From NCBI RefSeq assembly GCF_009914755.1, contig NC_060934.1: a DNA stretch of 64,000 nt, one strand, 5' to 3'. Below the pieces are notes generated by a model. The model did no database searches and was not told the origin of the DNA. It saw nothing but the letters and a program-made list of their open reading frames with translations. This DNA is from the human T2T-CHM13v2.0 reference genome, Homo sapiens. The position numbers and the translations under genes were made by a program. Below, piece by piece: positions 14,452-36,420 of the stretch. Every line of letters starts with the position of its first letter. The stretch's first letter is position 1.

Positions 14452-15214
14452 CTATAAAGAAGAAACATTAAAGTTAGAATATTCTTATGCTAAGTCATGC
14501 AAAAAACTTCCTAACAAGAAAAATGCCTTTCCTATATTCATTTCTCTAAATCAGTAACTCTAAATTTTTACTGGGGCCAAAATTCCTTTAAGTTGATACA
14601 ATCTACAGAATTATAGCACAAAAAAACACAGATAAACAAGATTTATACCCAGTTTGTATATGTTCATGGACTGCCCCCTACAAAGACCATTCTGAACCCT
14701 AAGTTAAAGACCTCTGCCTAAATGTTTATTACAAATATTAATAAAAGCCTGCATCTAACTTTTGTTCTGAGCTTTATACATAAAAAGTAGTATCATAAAA
14801 CACCCTGGTCAATTTTTCCTCTCGCATTCATCAATGAAAGAATTTTGAGTAAAATTATACACTTTTCAAGGAAAGGATACAAGAATAACCATCCTGGCTC
14901 AGGCTCATGGTCCTGCTAGCCCACTGTTAGGACAGACACTATTATTGGTGATTCACTGTGAGAGATGATATCATTAAGATGTCATCCAAATAATAAGCAA
15001 ACAGAAGGATCTAAAAAGTAACCACCTATTTAAGGGCAGCATGAAAACTGGCTAGAATTCCTGGAGTGGGGAGAGGTCATTAGTGATTTTAATGGGCTTT
15101 TCCCATACTTCTTGGGATGATTTTTTAAAATTAAAATAACCACCTATTAGTCACTAAGCTTAATGAAAATAACTTTCTGACACTATTTACATATTTACCT
15201 GTATTACTGCTTGA

Positions 15215-15528
<314 letters not shown>

Positions 15529-15589
15529 CCAATCCCATATGTTTTTTACCCATTTAAGGTATTTACTTTTATTTATTCTTGTACATGGC

Positions 15590-16381
<792 letters not shown>

Positions 16382-17852
16382 TCCTCAATTAACCTCTTTC
16401 AAGGAAAAAAAAAAAAAGGAAGTAAACAAACATCTATTAAGCACCTAGTGTGAGCCAGTCACTAAGCTGGTGTATATGTTTCTCATTTAATCTTCAGAAT
16501 AAATCTTCAAAGTAGATATTGCTATCCCATTACTATGACTCATTTATAAATGAGAAAACTGAAGGTCAGAAAAATTCAGTACCCTGCCCAAGGTCACAAA
16601 GCCAGGTAGAGAGTCAAGATTTAAACCCAGATAGTTGTTCTATCTGTTGTCACTGTCAAATTATAACGATTGCTTCCTTGGCCTTGTAGTTTTGGTGATA
16701 AAAGTCCATGTTCTTCCTCTCTGGATCTTTATGAGATCAAAGTGTATGCCCTCTGCCTTTCTTTTCATACAGGTTCTCATCCTGTGTCTTTCAAATGAGC
16801 AGTGATAAATTGATGATTCCTTTCCTCAAACTTAGAAAATAAAGCATCTTGAATACTATAGTATTATACTTTGTGCAAGATGCCAACAGATGCATTGAAA
16901 TCTAGTTTTCAATTTTTTTTTTTTTGCTGAGGCTAATTAGAGATTTAATTTCTAATGTTATCTCTGTTTCCTTTTCAGCAAAACTCACCTAAGCACTGAT
17001 CTTATAGGAAGTAATGCTGCCCCATAAGATTGAGGAGGTTTATGTGTTATGTAAATACATCTAGGCTTAATTAAAAAAAAGAGAAGATGCTAACTTATTA
17101 AAAACTCCAGCAGACTCATCCAGCAAGGCCTAGCCTTACAGATGATTATATAAGGGAATTGTGAAGGCTCAATCCTAAAACTTACTATACAAACCCACAT
17201 TTTTCTGCAGTCCCACCTACTTGGGAGGCTGAGGTGGGAGATCACTCCAGCCCAGGAGGAGTCCCACATTACAGTGAGCTATGATCCCACAACTGCATCC
17301 CAGTCTGTGCAATGTGAGCAAGGCTCCAACTCAAAACAAAGCAAAAAAAAAAACTACTTTTTTTCTATATAACACAAAGATATGTTTCTGAACTTTATGG
17401 TAATGAGATATTGTGTGTATGATACTTTAAAAAGTGCTGTTAACTAATAAGTACGTAAAAAAAATAGATACACTACCAAGGTTTCAGGAAATGCAGTTTA
17501 TATCTTTAAATTAAGGCTAAATTTCTAAAAGCTAAGACTATAATAAAATAAAGTTTTATTAATATTTATATTTTATAAAATTATATAATTGAGTTTAACC
17601 TTAATGAAAATTTGAGAATTTTCCAGTTCTAAAAACAGAAAAGACCACCATTTGACACTATGAGTCACTTCTATGAGATATCTTGATATGTAGTTCCTAA
17701 AGACTATTTTAGGTATATAATATTCAGGTATTCACTGTTTCAAAAAAGGCCAGAGAAAAGCTTAAAGAAGAACAAAGTTGTTACATATAGCATCCAAAAA
17801 ATAGTAGTAGGCTTAAAGACAGTTTACTAATTGCCTATGATGTGTTTGATAG

Positions 17853-18225
<373 letters not shown>

Positions 18226-19123
18226 AATCAATGATCAATGTTAAATCCTCTGATTTAAATAGCTATTCAATCTGAGCTTATTCAAAATTATGGCTAGCAT
18301 ACCTCTTCAGGAAAATCAATCTTGTTCTAATCATAATTATAAAAATATAATTATAAACATAGCTACCACATACATACACCATGCATCAGTTACATAAATT
18401 TAATAGTCCTCACAACAACCCTCAGAGCAAGTATATTAATCGTCCACATTTTTCAGATGAGGCAACTTAAAGGTCAAAGAGGTTAGGTGACTTCTATAAG
18501 GTTACAAGTGAGTAAGTGGTGGAGACACCCTTTGACAGCCATGTTGCCTCCTCTCCAGAGCATGGAATACCAGGAAGAAAACAGGTGTTGCTTTATTTTA
18601 TCATAGGGGTCTTTTCAATAGCTCTGGCCTCTTTCCTGTGACTCAAACACTGTTTACCACAATGCATCAGAGTATCTTCTGACTCTGCGCTGGTTCTGGG
18701 GGCATGTCACAGTGGAAAAGAAAGTACAATGTTCAGAAGCAAGAGTAACTGTGAAGTGAAGATATGAAAGCAATGAAGAATAAGGCAGCCCAGCAAGGGC
18801 AGAAAGAAACAACCTGCAAAACCTGTCAAAGCAGGAAGCTACTCTCCACCTGTCTCCATGGGTGCCTTTGTACCTCAGCCCACCACACCTGAAGCAACTG
18901 TCCCTGTTAAGAAAGGAATGCCATACACAGATTGAAACTAATACATACTTTAATATATAGTATTTCCTTTGGGTGTCAGAATTGAATGCTTGGGTTTTTA
19001 CCATAAAACAATCCTAAGCCTAACATGTGATAGATGTTTAAAAGGTGAGGCGTGTCTAACAGTATTATTAGATTTCCCCACCATTATTTGTCTTTGTGGC
19101 TTTCCATATTAAGAAGTATCTTA

Positions 19124-19487
<364 letters not shown>

Positions 19488-20001
19488 TTATAATATCTCA
19501 TTTTAAAAATGACTACATTAAAGAATCCTTTTAAAGGGTTTTCAAAGTCTAGATGGTATTAAAGATATAATATTAACTTCAGAACCTAGTCAGAGCCATC
19601 ATTTAATTAAAAACATAATTCAAAGGGCTACTTTAAAATGTCAAACCAACCAACCAACCACAAATCTGCTTAGGGATCCTTCACCCTTTCAGGGTCCTAT
19701 GTCTTGTCCTGTCCAGCTCTTTAACTAGTTTGTGAGCTCCTAAGAACCAGAGAGGTTTTTATGTTTCTTTTGTACCACTCACGTACAATTTACACAATCA
19801 GCAATTTATAAATACATAGTAATTTAATGACTCAGGGACATAATTGTTATAATAACAGAAGGTAATATATCTTCAAGAAGTTCAAGTCAGAGTGCTGATG
19901 GTCTAAAGACTTTCCCCTATGATTTGACACTAGCCTGAAGACTGTCTTCTACTTTTGAAGATAAACGTTTGAGGGAAAGTAGCTTAGTACAAACCGAATG
20001 A

Positions 20002-20305
<304 letters not shown>

Positions 20306-21467
20306 CCCATGGGTTTTCTGAATGGAGATAAGAACCGCACCAGAGTGCAGTGCTAGCTGGGACAGGGCAAAATCCCTTCCACTATCCAGTTTACCGAACA
20401 TCCTCCTGGGGATGAGCACATGAGACACTAGGGATATGAGCACGTGAAAAACCATCCCTGCCCTGTTACAGAAAAGCAGAGCTTCCCCAATGCTGTGCGT
20501 GGCACACTGTATGCCACACAAATGGGTTAGAGAGGTGCAGAAATACTGACCCCGAGATACTTAGCTACTTGGCTCTTGGAGTGGTCGGGCAGTGCCCGGG
20601 GCAGCTGAAGCCCGTGGGATGGTCAACTCTGGCTCCAGGCAGCTGTGACCATTTCCTTGCGGTACTGTATGGATACTATCACTTTCTATGATGGCTGTAA
20701 TATAAAGGTGCTTGAGAAGCACTAGCCCAGAGCAGTGATTTTTCCAGTTTCTTTTTCCTTTTTTTTCTTCTTTCAAGCTCTTGGAAATCCTTCTTCAAAG
20801 GAAATCTCATAATGAAGCTAAGCACAGAAGAGATACCACAACTTGCGGTAGCCACAGAGAAGTCTCCTTGGAACATAGAAGACTCTGCAAAGCACAGTTT
20901 GAGAAACACTGTCGAAGCTGCTATGATGCAGGCTGACACCAAGTTTTCCAGAAGCCCCACAGAGGGTTTTCTAATGTGTATTACTGGAGGGGCAGGGAAG
21001 CCTTCCTGGAGTAGGTGGCTGCTACACTGCATACTGAGTGACTAGGAGGAACTAGCCGGGCCCGGACATGCTGAGCACAGGGAGGGGCAGGTGTACAGGC
21101 ACAGGGTGTGGAAAGCACAGGGCACACAGTGTGCTCCAGGTGTCCATGTGGCTTGCACACAGGCAATGATGTGGACCCTGCATGAGGCATAGCTCCAGAA
21201 GCACACGCTTGAAGGTTCTGAGGGGCCAAGCAAGTTGTTAACTTTTTCCAGGGGATAATGGGAGTCATGGGATACATTTAGACAAGGAATCCCAGATGAT
21301 GCCAGTGTGGGAAAGCAACTGTTGCTGGCTGGCTGATGACAGAGACCAGTTGCTACTGCACAGCATAGATGCTTAACAGGTAGAATGCCAGAATAATGCT
21401 CCTTCAGAATTGTAGAACCTAAGCCAAGAATCATCAGCAGGGAGCGGACTGAACCCCACAAACCAAC

Positions 21468-21661
21468 CTCAGGATTGTTTCGTTGGTACAGCAGTTCTCG
21501 AAAGGGATCACGTAGCCAACCTCATGACCAATGTTAACATCCATTTCATCCGCCACCCGCAGGGCGAGCTGGACCACAGTCTGCTTGTGGACCTGTGTGC
21601 ATATCACGCCCCCGTGCTGGTAGTGGATGGAAAGACAATATTCAGCACACCACTGAGGAAC
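21468..21661 (-). CDS. DHX32: DHX32 coding exon 2 (VPQWCAEY...ETILR), 194 nt
   Basis: Acceptor ttcctgctacag|, donor GAG|gttggt; motif Ia-like CTQ..., RVADEM, GHEVGY; phase 0->2 fits neighbouring exons. Confidence 0.96.
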
Positions 21662-21932
21662 CTGTAGCAGGAAAAAATGAGACAGGATCAGCTTCTGCTG
21701 AAAACAAAACAAGAGACATCTCTGTCTTACAGCAGGGTTCATCTTATAAGTGATTTTCTTTCATCAGTAAATCAGCAGTGGGCTGTATTACATCTTACTT
21801 AGTGAAACTCTGAACAATATGGATTATGCACAGAGTTACTGCTAGGAAATAAAGTTAAGAAGAAACAGGAGTTAACAGGGACTGTGAAAGTTTGACTGCC
21901 AGACAAAAAAAGGCAGATAAAAATCAAGGACA

Positions 21933-22305
<373 letters not shown>

Positions 22306-23713
22306 TTATTTTCTTTTTGATTAGAAGGCCCATCAAAAATATGGCTTCTGTTATCAGCTATTGTGTTTTAAGCAATGTAAATTATAGATAGCATTTAGAT
22401 AAAAACTAGTGACTCAAAATTAAAGCATTTATATTTAAATCCAAATGATGATAACAAATATCCAGATAAGCCTACTTAACATTTCTCTGATAATAAAAGC
22501 TAAAATATCCTGGTAATTTACAATCTAAATATAATTAAATAAATAAACCCATCTAAATAAACCCAGTGAGATAATCAACCAACCCATCTGGATTTGGAGT
22601 CAGTTCTAAGCAAAGCTACTCTAGAGCCATTTTATTTTAAAAATCCTTTTTTTTCTAAAATATATTATGGACCAACTGATGTTTATCACATTCATTTGTA
22701 CAAGAATTATTATAGTAGAATGTACTGAATTCATTTGTATGCTACAATCTTAAGGCATTGTCAGTAAATTATGCATTGTTACATGCATTTTAAAAATAAA
22801 TTATTCCAAGAGTGTTTTTAATTGATCTAAGGAATTTAAACGTTGTAAAATTTCTAATTATCTTGAGGTCTGCTATTTATGAGATTCATTATGAAATTCT
22901 TAGATCTGAATTCTCACTGTAATTTGAAAAATAAACATAACTCACCAGAAATACAAGTAACTCCAAAATGAATGACTGCTGTAGACTGTAAATTCCTAAG
23001 GACTGAAAGGCAAATGCACTTCCTGCACTTTCAGATAGGTGTCAGCCTTGTCAACAGGTTGCAAGTTATCAGTAATTATTTACTCAACGCTTACTTTGTT
23101 CTATGAAAGATGAAATTTTAAGATACTGCGCTCAGGAAACGTGGAATCAAGGCAAGATCCAGGAATAACAAGCCACCTAAGGGATTGGCTTGCCATTAAT
23201 TTGTTCCATGTAAACCACAAATTTTCTAAGCTTTAGTTAATTCTTACCTGTAAAATGAATAGACTGAATGAATGAGAATTATCCTTCAAGTTTGAACTCT
23301 GGTGTCGTTTTCTCCACAAGGCTTGCTGTGATCCCCTAGGTATCTAGATCCACGGTGTGCTTCCCACCGTGGCAGCCATCACCTTCCTGAGGTTGCTGTT
23401 TGTTCCTAGTTCCCCACTACCTAACGGCCCCTCAAATGAGCTCTAAAAGCAGAGACCTATCCGTGTTGGTCACCAAATTATCCTAGTACTCAGTAATTAT
23501 TCATTGAATGAATAATTTCTTATACTGTCTAGAAATAATTTAAAATTCTGTGATTCTACATAGTTTAAGATTCTACATCGTTTAAGAATTTACATAAAAT
23601 TTTGCCTCCTTTATTCCTTAGCAAGTAATTTTTTATTCTTGCCAAATTCTTACTTTTAAATGGATTGCCTTCATGTCAGGGTCCACTATCTAGGGTCCCT
23701 AGCCAAGACCTCA

Positions 23714-24232
<519 letters not shown>

Positions 24233-25030
24233 CTATGTGGGAAGATCCTTAAGCTACACGTGTGGTTTGCATTTGTTCCCAATACCGAACAGAGGATCTG
24301 ACATATGGTAGGGATAAGAGTTGAGTGGAAAGATGGATAAGGACATCATAATAATTGAAAAGAAGAGAGAGAAAGGCTTGGGCTTAGTGCTAAGCATGGG
24401 AGAGAGGTAATAAAACCACGGGAAAATTACTGCAAAGGAAGAATAAGCAGTGCCCACTAACAGACTAATTATGCATAGGAAGAAGACAAATATTCTATGA
24501 TTTCTAACTTAAAATACTAATTATATAATTGACAAGAACAGGAAATTGGAAAGTAAAATAAAATAAATGAATGAAGCTAAAGAGCAGCATAAAGTTCTTT
24601 TGGGGGGAATCAGGAGTTAGGAGGGTAGGAAGATGACCTTCAGGATAGTCAGGAAGATGGTCAATGTTATCAGAAGAACATCCAGGCATAACCATCCTGG
24701 GATCAACGGAAAAGCAAGGCAGGAGGCTAAGGGAGAGGTCAGAGCTAGAGATAGGCATGGTAGTTGCAGAATTTCAGTACTGAAAGAAATCTCTGGAAGA
24801 CATGAAGGCCAACACCCTCATTTGATGCATGAGGAAAGAAACTTAGAGGCGTGACTTGTCCAAGGTCATACTGCCAGTAAACAGCATGACCAGAACCAAT
24901 CCATATCTTCTAGTTTCTTGGCGAGTATAATTGCCACTACATCACAGTTGCTTCTAAGCATCTTTATAGAAAGGTGGCAACTGAAGCCATGAAATTCTCA
25001 GGCAATCAGCATTTTAAATTACTCTTTCTA

Positions 25031-25346
<316 letters not shown>

Positions 25347-26286
25347 CTACTCTTTCTAGCCTAATGGCAACATCAGGGGGACAGTACTATGATGACAGTG
25401 GGCACTGCTTTACATAGCTAGAATCGTTGCTGAAATAATACTATCCAGTTTTATTAAAACATTTGGACACGTTCAGCCTGGTTATTCATATAAGGTCCAG
25501 GACAGCTGCTTTCGAACTCTAAAATTCGACAAGATTCCAATGATCATGAGCCATGTTCTCAAGCTTCTGATTTGGGCCTTTTTTAAAAACTGCATTTAAT
25601 TTATTTCTCTTTGCTCATGAAACACATTCTGCAAGATTAGTTTATTACAGTGTGTTGATAATAGTATAAACATTATACATTCCTGGAAGTACAACAAATA
25701 TACCAATCCAACAGTCTTCATTTTCCTTTTCTGCCTTCCTCTACATTAGAGCAAACTATTTCACCTATGAGGCAAAGACATTAATTCAGAAATGGGAAAA
25801 GGCCATCTAAATATCAGTTACAATAACCAGTAGAAGACTGAACATATCCATATCGTGCTTAATGTAGGAATGTTTGCTTACGTGCCCAAGTTAATAGTTG
25901 AGCAGAAGTCACAACAAATTATACTGCACGTACTCAACTGTGGCTCTGACCACATAGGATGCAGCTCCCCTTCCAGTAACAGCTACTTGGAGATAGTTAA
26001 CAGTAAGCAATGCAAACACAAACTGAAAAGGTTATCTCCAGCCAGAAAAGAGGGAAACATGAAACCATCTGCCTTATTTGTTAGAGTTCTCCAGTTTTAC
26101 ATGCCTTCTGAATCACTCTGGGCAAGCTAAGTAACATACTGAGGGTTGATTCCTTAGCAAACTTGAATTACTGGCTAAAAAATGTTATCATTTGGCAAAT
26201 GTCGATAATTTGAGTATTTCACATTTCAAGGGATACTGAGATTGCAGCTTTACAAAGAACTCTTGCCTTCTCTGCATTTATAGTAA

Positions 26287-26721
<435 letters not shown>

Positions 26722-28899
26722 TAGAGGTTTTGTTTCTACCCCATAGTTCCTCTTTGGAAGATATTCCCCCCTAGTATTAAAAAACATTATTCTGGATGGA
26801 CTAGTTGCCAAGTTGGCACTATGGGAATTAGAAAAGCTTAAATAGTTGTACCTTTCTATGAATCATTTGGCTTTAACTTTTTTCAGAGAAACATTGAATT
26901 CTGGGTCACTTTGTGACTGAGTACTTAGCAAAAGTTGCACAATATGGTGAAGAAACAGAAAATTGCTCCTCTAACACATAAAAAAAGCTATTTTCATGTG
27001 ATTTATCCTGGGAGTTTGGTGATGTGCAACCCTTGGATTTACGCATTTGGTCTGGAAATGCTCCCTAACTAGAAATCAATACTTCACATCTCTTTATTCT
27101 GAACTCACCAAATACTTTTTTCATGTTTCTCAATCCATTTTCTAAATTCAGTTTTCTGTACTTCTGATGTGCCATTTGCATAAAGCCAGAGCAGTGGGGC
27201 CTGCCCTATGCTCTGTCCCAAAGCCCAGCTGGAACTGACTCTGGGGCATGCAAGGTAAGCAATCGAGGCATGAGAATGTGCATCCCTGGCCTCTTACCGC
27301 CTACCTGAAAGGAAATCACCAACACTCTGGCCAATCTGCTGCTATGAGAGTAGGTAAGAGGAGTCCTCCGGGTAATCAAAATCTAATCTAAATCAAGGCT
27401 TTATCAACCTAAGTTAGCAACTGCAGTTCTACAACTTGTACAAATTCAGACAGTGAGGCAAAGATGCTCCATTCCCGACTCCGGGCAGCACACAGAGGTT
27501 GGGCTGCTGGGTAGTGGGAGAGCTGGGGCCTGGGGTCTTTAGGGTGGGCTGCAGGGAGATCTCCTATAAGAATCTGCAACCAGATCCAGATCAGAATCAA
27601 GGGAGCAGCAGCGGCATCACGTATCCGTGTATGGTCTCATCACTGCCACTGTGGCAAGAGGACCTCCACATGAGCTACACTGGTGTAGAACTTTCTGTCC
27701 TTTCCATCTACTGCCAGTGATTGTTTCACCTCATCTAATGGATAATAAAGTTAGTTAACTATAATTTAATATAGTTAAATGAGAATAAATGAAGTGAGAA
27801 AAAAAGGACCTCCATGAGACACAATGCTATTACTGTTCTGTTAGACACATACTAGTCCCAAAGGCCTCTAATCCCTCACTTTTGATCATCAGGACGTCCA
27901 TCAGGGCCTGAGTCCTCTTCTGCTTTCTTCTCTTAATGTCTCTAGGACCACCAATCCTGAAGCTACTGCCAAGGTCCCAATCACTCCCTTTAATTTCAGT
28001 ACCAGAAAAACAGAATCTACAAGTTTAAAGGAATCTAAAGAACCACCAATTCACCCAAAGGTGAATTCAACACATTCAGTGTTGAATTCATCAGCACAAG
28101 CTCATGGTTTTTAAGTTTGCAAGTCTTAATGGTTTCAACAACATTCCTGTAAAATGCCTAGCCTGAGTATGCCCCTAAGGCAGCTATCCCACCCAAAGTG
28201 AGCCAATATATCAGAATCCATTACTGAGGAGTGAGGTCCCTTCTGAATCAAATATCACACATCCCTGGATAACAATTCACATACATCTTGGTTTTGAGTG
28301 AATACAGGTAGAACCTACCAGCAGAAAATGGTGAACAAGTTTACTCAGTCAATAGAAGTACAGATGTTCTAAGTCATACATCTTTTAGAATCTAAGTTAA
28401 TTCTTTTTCATATCTTTTCATATCTTTTTCACCTCACTGACCCATCCATTCATGGGAAATTTCAGGACAAAAACTAGAGAAGGAGAAATAAGCAAAATAT
28501 ACACTTCTAGAGATGTTTTTCTCTCTCTTTTAGGATCGTTCATAACCTGTCTGCAAAAAATGTAATAAGAAAAGATTCTATAAACATATGGGAAATTGTC
28601 CTCTGTTTCTGCACCAAAGACAGGTGAAATCTTTAGGACCTTTGTAAAGCTTGGCTCTGAAGAAAGACTTTTTTCTTGAAAGGTTTAAAACTCTGAAGAA
28701 CAAGAAAACAGTCTCGCAAACTCTTAAAACAACAACAACAAAAACCAAGTTGTTTCCAAAAGAAACCAACCAATGCTCCCACTATCTAAATTAGTTTAGG
28801 ATAGATCCATTTTCTTATTTGAGTACCATTTTGATTTTTCTCACTTTGAAGATACATGTCGTCCCAATTAACAGAAAATAAGCCTAATTCATTGAAATA

Positions 28900-31655
<2,756 letters not shown>

Positions 31656-31882
31656 ACACATTTTTTCAATGTTATTTGTCCACAGAAACTAGGAAAATTA
31701 TACTCAGTCAGTTCTCATCGTTAGCTTCTCGTAATGAACTGAAATCGTTTGTTATAACAATAACAGCGTAACAAAGAACAAATCATAATAAACCTTTGAT
31801 ACTGGCAGCTGTAAATCAGATAAAAAACATCTGTTGTCCAGCCCTCCTCTTTTCAAATTACCTTTAAAGTAAGTTAACTTTA

Positions 31883-32180
31883 GGGCAGGTACAGTGGCTC
31901 ATGTTTGTAATCCCAGCACTTTGGGAGGTGAAGGTGGGAGGATCGCTTGAGCCCAGGAGTTCGAGACCAGCCTGGCCAAAATTGTGAAACCCTGACTCTA
32001 CTAAAAATACAAAAATAAGCCAAGCATGATGGTGCATGCCTGTAATCCCAGCTACTCAAGAGGCTGAGGCACAAGAATTGCTTGAACCGGGAGACGGAGG
32101 TCATAGTAAGCCAAGACTGCCCCACTGCATTCCAGCCTGGGTGACAGAACGAGCCTCTCTGTCTCAAAAAATAATAGTGA
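31883..32180 (+). mobile_element. Alu
   Basis: Dimeric Alu consensus. Confidence 0.85.
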
Positions 32181-32611
32181 TAATAAAATAGGTAAACTCT
32201 AGAGATAATAAACAACTTGAAAGCAACAATTTATAGTAGAAAATATTCTTTTAACTCCAATTCAGAAAGCTACTGACATTAGATAGACAAATTATCAAAT
32301 CCTTCTGGGCCACAGTTTATTCATCTGAAAAATGAAGGGGTTCCATCAGTTTCTAATTCTATTCTATTAGAGCATAGTCTATTCTACTAGATCTATTCGT
32401 AACTTCTCTATGAGAAATGGGACTTCTTATTATTCACACTATATGGTCTATTCTAATTCTTACATCGCGAGAATCTAGAAATGAATTTCATGATAAAAAT
32501 ACTGGTTGCTTGCTTTAAAACTTAAGAGTAAAATATGGATCTCACTTGAACAAAAACTTGAAGTCCAAATACAACAACAAACTGAATAATAAGTATTTAT
32601 TAACTATCTAA

Positions 32612-34420
<1,809 letters not shown>

Positions 34421-35020
34421 CCAACTCTTTAATATTTTAATATCCCTAGGTTTATCTCTTAATGATCCTAATTCTTTCCCCCATCTTAGACCCCAAAGTG
34501 TGTGGCCCCAGGCCTGGATCATATTTAGTTGCTCAGTTATTTCTTATAGTCAGGAAAATCAGAATTTCCTTGTGCTTTTGATTTCAGTAGCTCAGCCAGC
34601 TTCACCAGCAAGCACATCCACATATCTGGATTCTCAGACCACTGGGCACTGAAACAGAGCAGTTAATCCCCATACCCATGCTGAGGAAATAACACGCATC
34701 ACATCTTTTAAAATATCATATACACAATGGATCATTTGAGTAAATTTAATACTAGGATCATTTGAGTAATTTTAATACTGCTCTATAGACAATTCAGTGG
34801 TACCCTAAACACAATTAATTTCTACATAGATATTATTAACTTTTCAGCTAGTATTAGTAAAATTAATAAAATTAGGTACGTGATTTAATTATTTTATCTG
34901 AATAATGTTTTGTTTTTTGTTTTAGACACTATTATTAGAACACTAGGCTGTGACATGTCATTAAATAACAATTAAAAAATCAACACATACAGCAAATTAT
35001 TTTTTGTAGCGGTTACTCAC

Positions 35021-35302
35021 CTGAGCGCTCTTACCACATTTAGCATCTCCTGAAACAATCACGATTTGATTTTGAAGCAGGTTCTCCATAAAGGAGTATT
35101 TTTCTTTCCATATAGGAAGATCTTCTCTTTCTTTCAGAAGTTTATAATAACGTGATGAATATGGCAATCCATCAAAGGGGTTAAGTTCCAAATCCTCACA
35201 GGCCAAAACCTCTTCCTCATCCCCATCGCTGGAATCCAGGGATTCAGGAAAATAGCGTTTTTCAGAGGAAGAGTTTGGACACTCCAGCCCTTCTTCTTCC
35301 AT
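35021..35302 (-). CDS. DHX32: DHX32 first coding exon (MEEEGLECPN...GDAKCGKSAQ), 282 nt coding; the exon extends through the 5'UTR to the acceptor at 35549
   Basis: ATG at 35302 in strong Kozak context (AAGATGG); donor CAG|gtgagt at 35021; upstream acceptor tttgtttcttag|; NPF..LP(I)W and Walker-A-like GxxxCGKS typical of the Prp43/DHX15 family; sequence recognised as the DHX32 N-terminus. Confidence 0.97.
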
Positions 35303-36139
35303 CTTGTCTGACAGTGAGCTCACGCAGCTGACATTCCACAAGCAAGTTTCTCCTATCAGTAACCCATTGCAAACAGGGCTTAAAAGCCTATTTATACAAA
35401 CCCGTATGTTCCAATCTCTAAGACTTCAGTTCAAGGTTTTAGCAAGTTAAATTCCTCAAACCTGCATCTGTTCTCCGTTGCTGTGTTACCCACTGTGCTG
35501 GCTCACTACAGCACTCTTCGGCATTGTAAATGATTGTCAATAAACCACACTAAGAAACAAACAAACAAAAAGAGTAAGGAAAATTAGGAACACATATAAG
35601 TTAAAAAGAAAATGCACAGGAGTTCAAATGAAAAGCATTATTTTTTTTTTTTCTGTTAACGGGTTTCTGTCATTTCTGCTGCCTGCTTAAAAGAACAGGA
35701 ATAATTTAGGCTGGTGTTTAAAGTTTGGTGGGTTCCGGTATTTCCTGGCTGGTTCAGAAAATGATTCTGCACTGGGCCTCGTGCTCTCTGCCTGACCTCT
35801 ATCTCAGGCTCTGCGTCTTGATCAACTGTGAATGGAAAGCAACAGGAGGGACAGGATTGTGATTGTGAGGCTAATCAATCACGTGGTCACCTAATCCCAT
35901 GTCAAAAGAGGAGCTGGACCCTATAAAAGGAAAGAACTGTGATGACCTGGTGAGTGTTCCTCTAACACAGGCTACAGGAAAATCTATTATTAAGAAATCC
36001 TTTACTTTAATGAAAAACATTTTTAAAACTTTTCATTTTCCTTTTGCTTATGTCAGTTTAGAAAGCCAAGTGAGGGGAATGAATTTATTATTTCCTTCCA
36101 TATGTAGTTATGGTTGGCTTTTATTTTATATATATATAA

Positions 36140-36420
36140 AAAAGACAGGGTCTCGCTCTGTCACCCAGGCTGGATGCAGTGGCGTGATCATGGCTCACTG
36201 CAGCCTCAACCTCCCAGGCTGTTTTCCCCCTGCCTCAGCCTCCTGAGTAGCTGGGACTACAGGTGTACACCACTATGTCCAGCTAATTTCTGTATTTTTT
36301 TGTAGAGACGGAGTTTTGCCTTGTTGCCCAGGCTAGTTTCGAACTCCTGGGCTCAAGTGGTCTGTCCTCCTTGGCCTCCCAAAGTGCTGGGATTTCAAAT
36401 GTGAGCCACCATGCCCAGCT
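36140..36420 (-). mobile_element. Alu (J-like)
   Basis: Alu consensus. Confidence 0.85.

Noticed and set aside
20561-21461. Cluster of 70-140 aa ORFs and recurring gcacag motifs downstream of DHX32 coding exon 2
   Set aside because: No homology recognised, no coherent splice or Kozak signals, no regular repeat period
27170-27720. Plus-strand donor CAAG|gtaagc and short ORFs, possible antisense exon
   Set aside because: An isolated splice-like motif is not sufficient evidence without transcript data
34729-34779. 25-bp tandem duplication (also a 17-bp tandem near 23553-23586)
   Set aside because: Two-copy slippage duplications are common; not an array and no spacers, so not CRISPR-like
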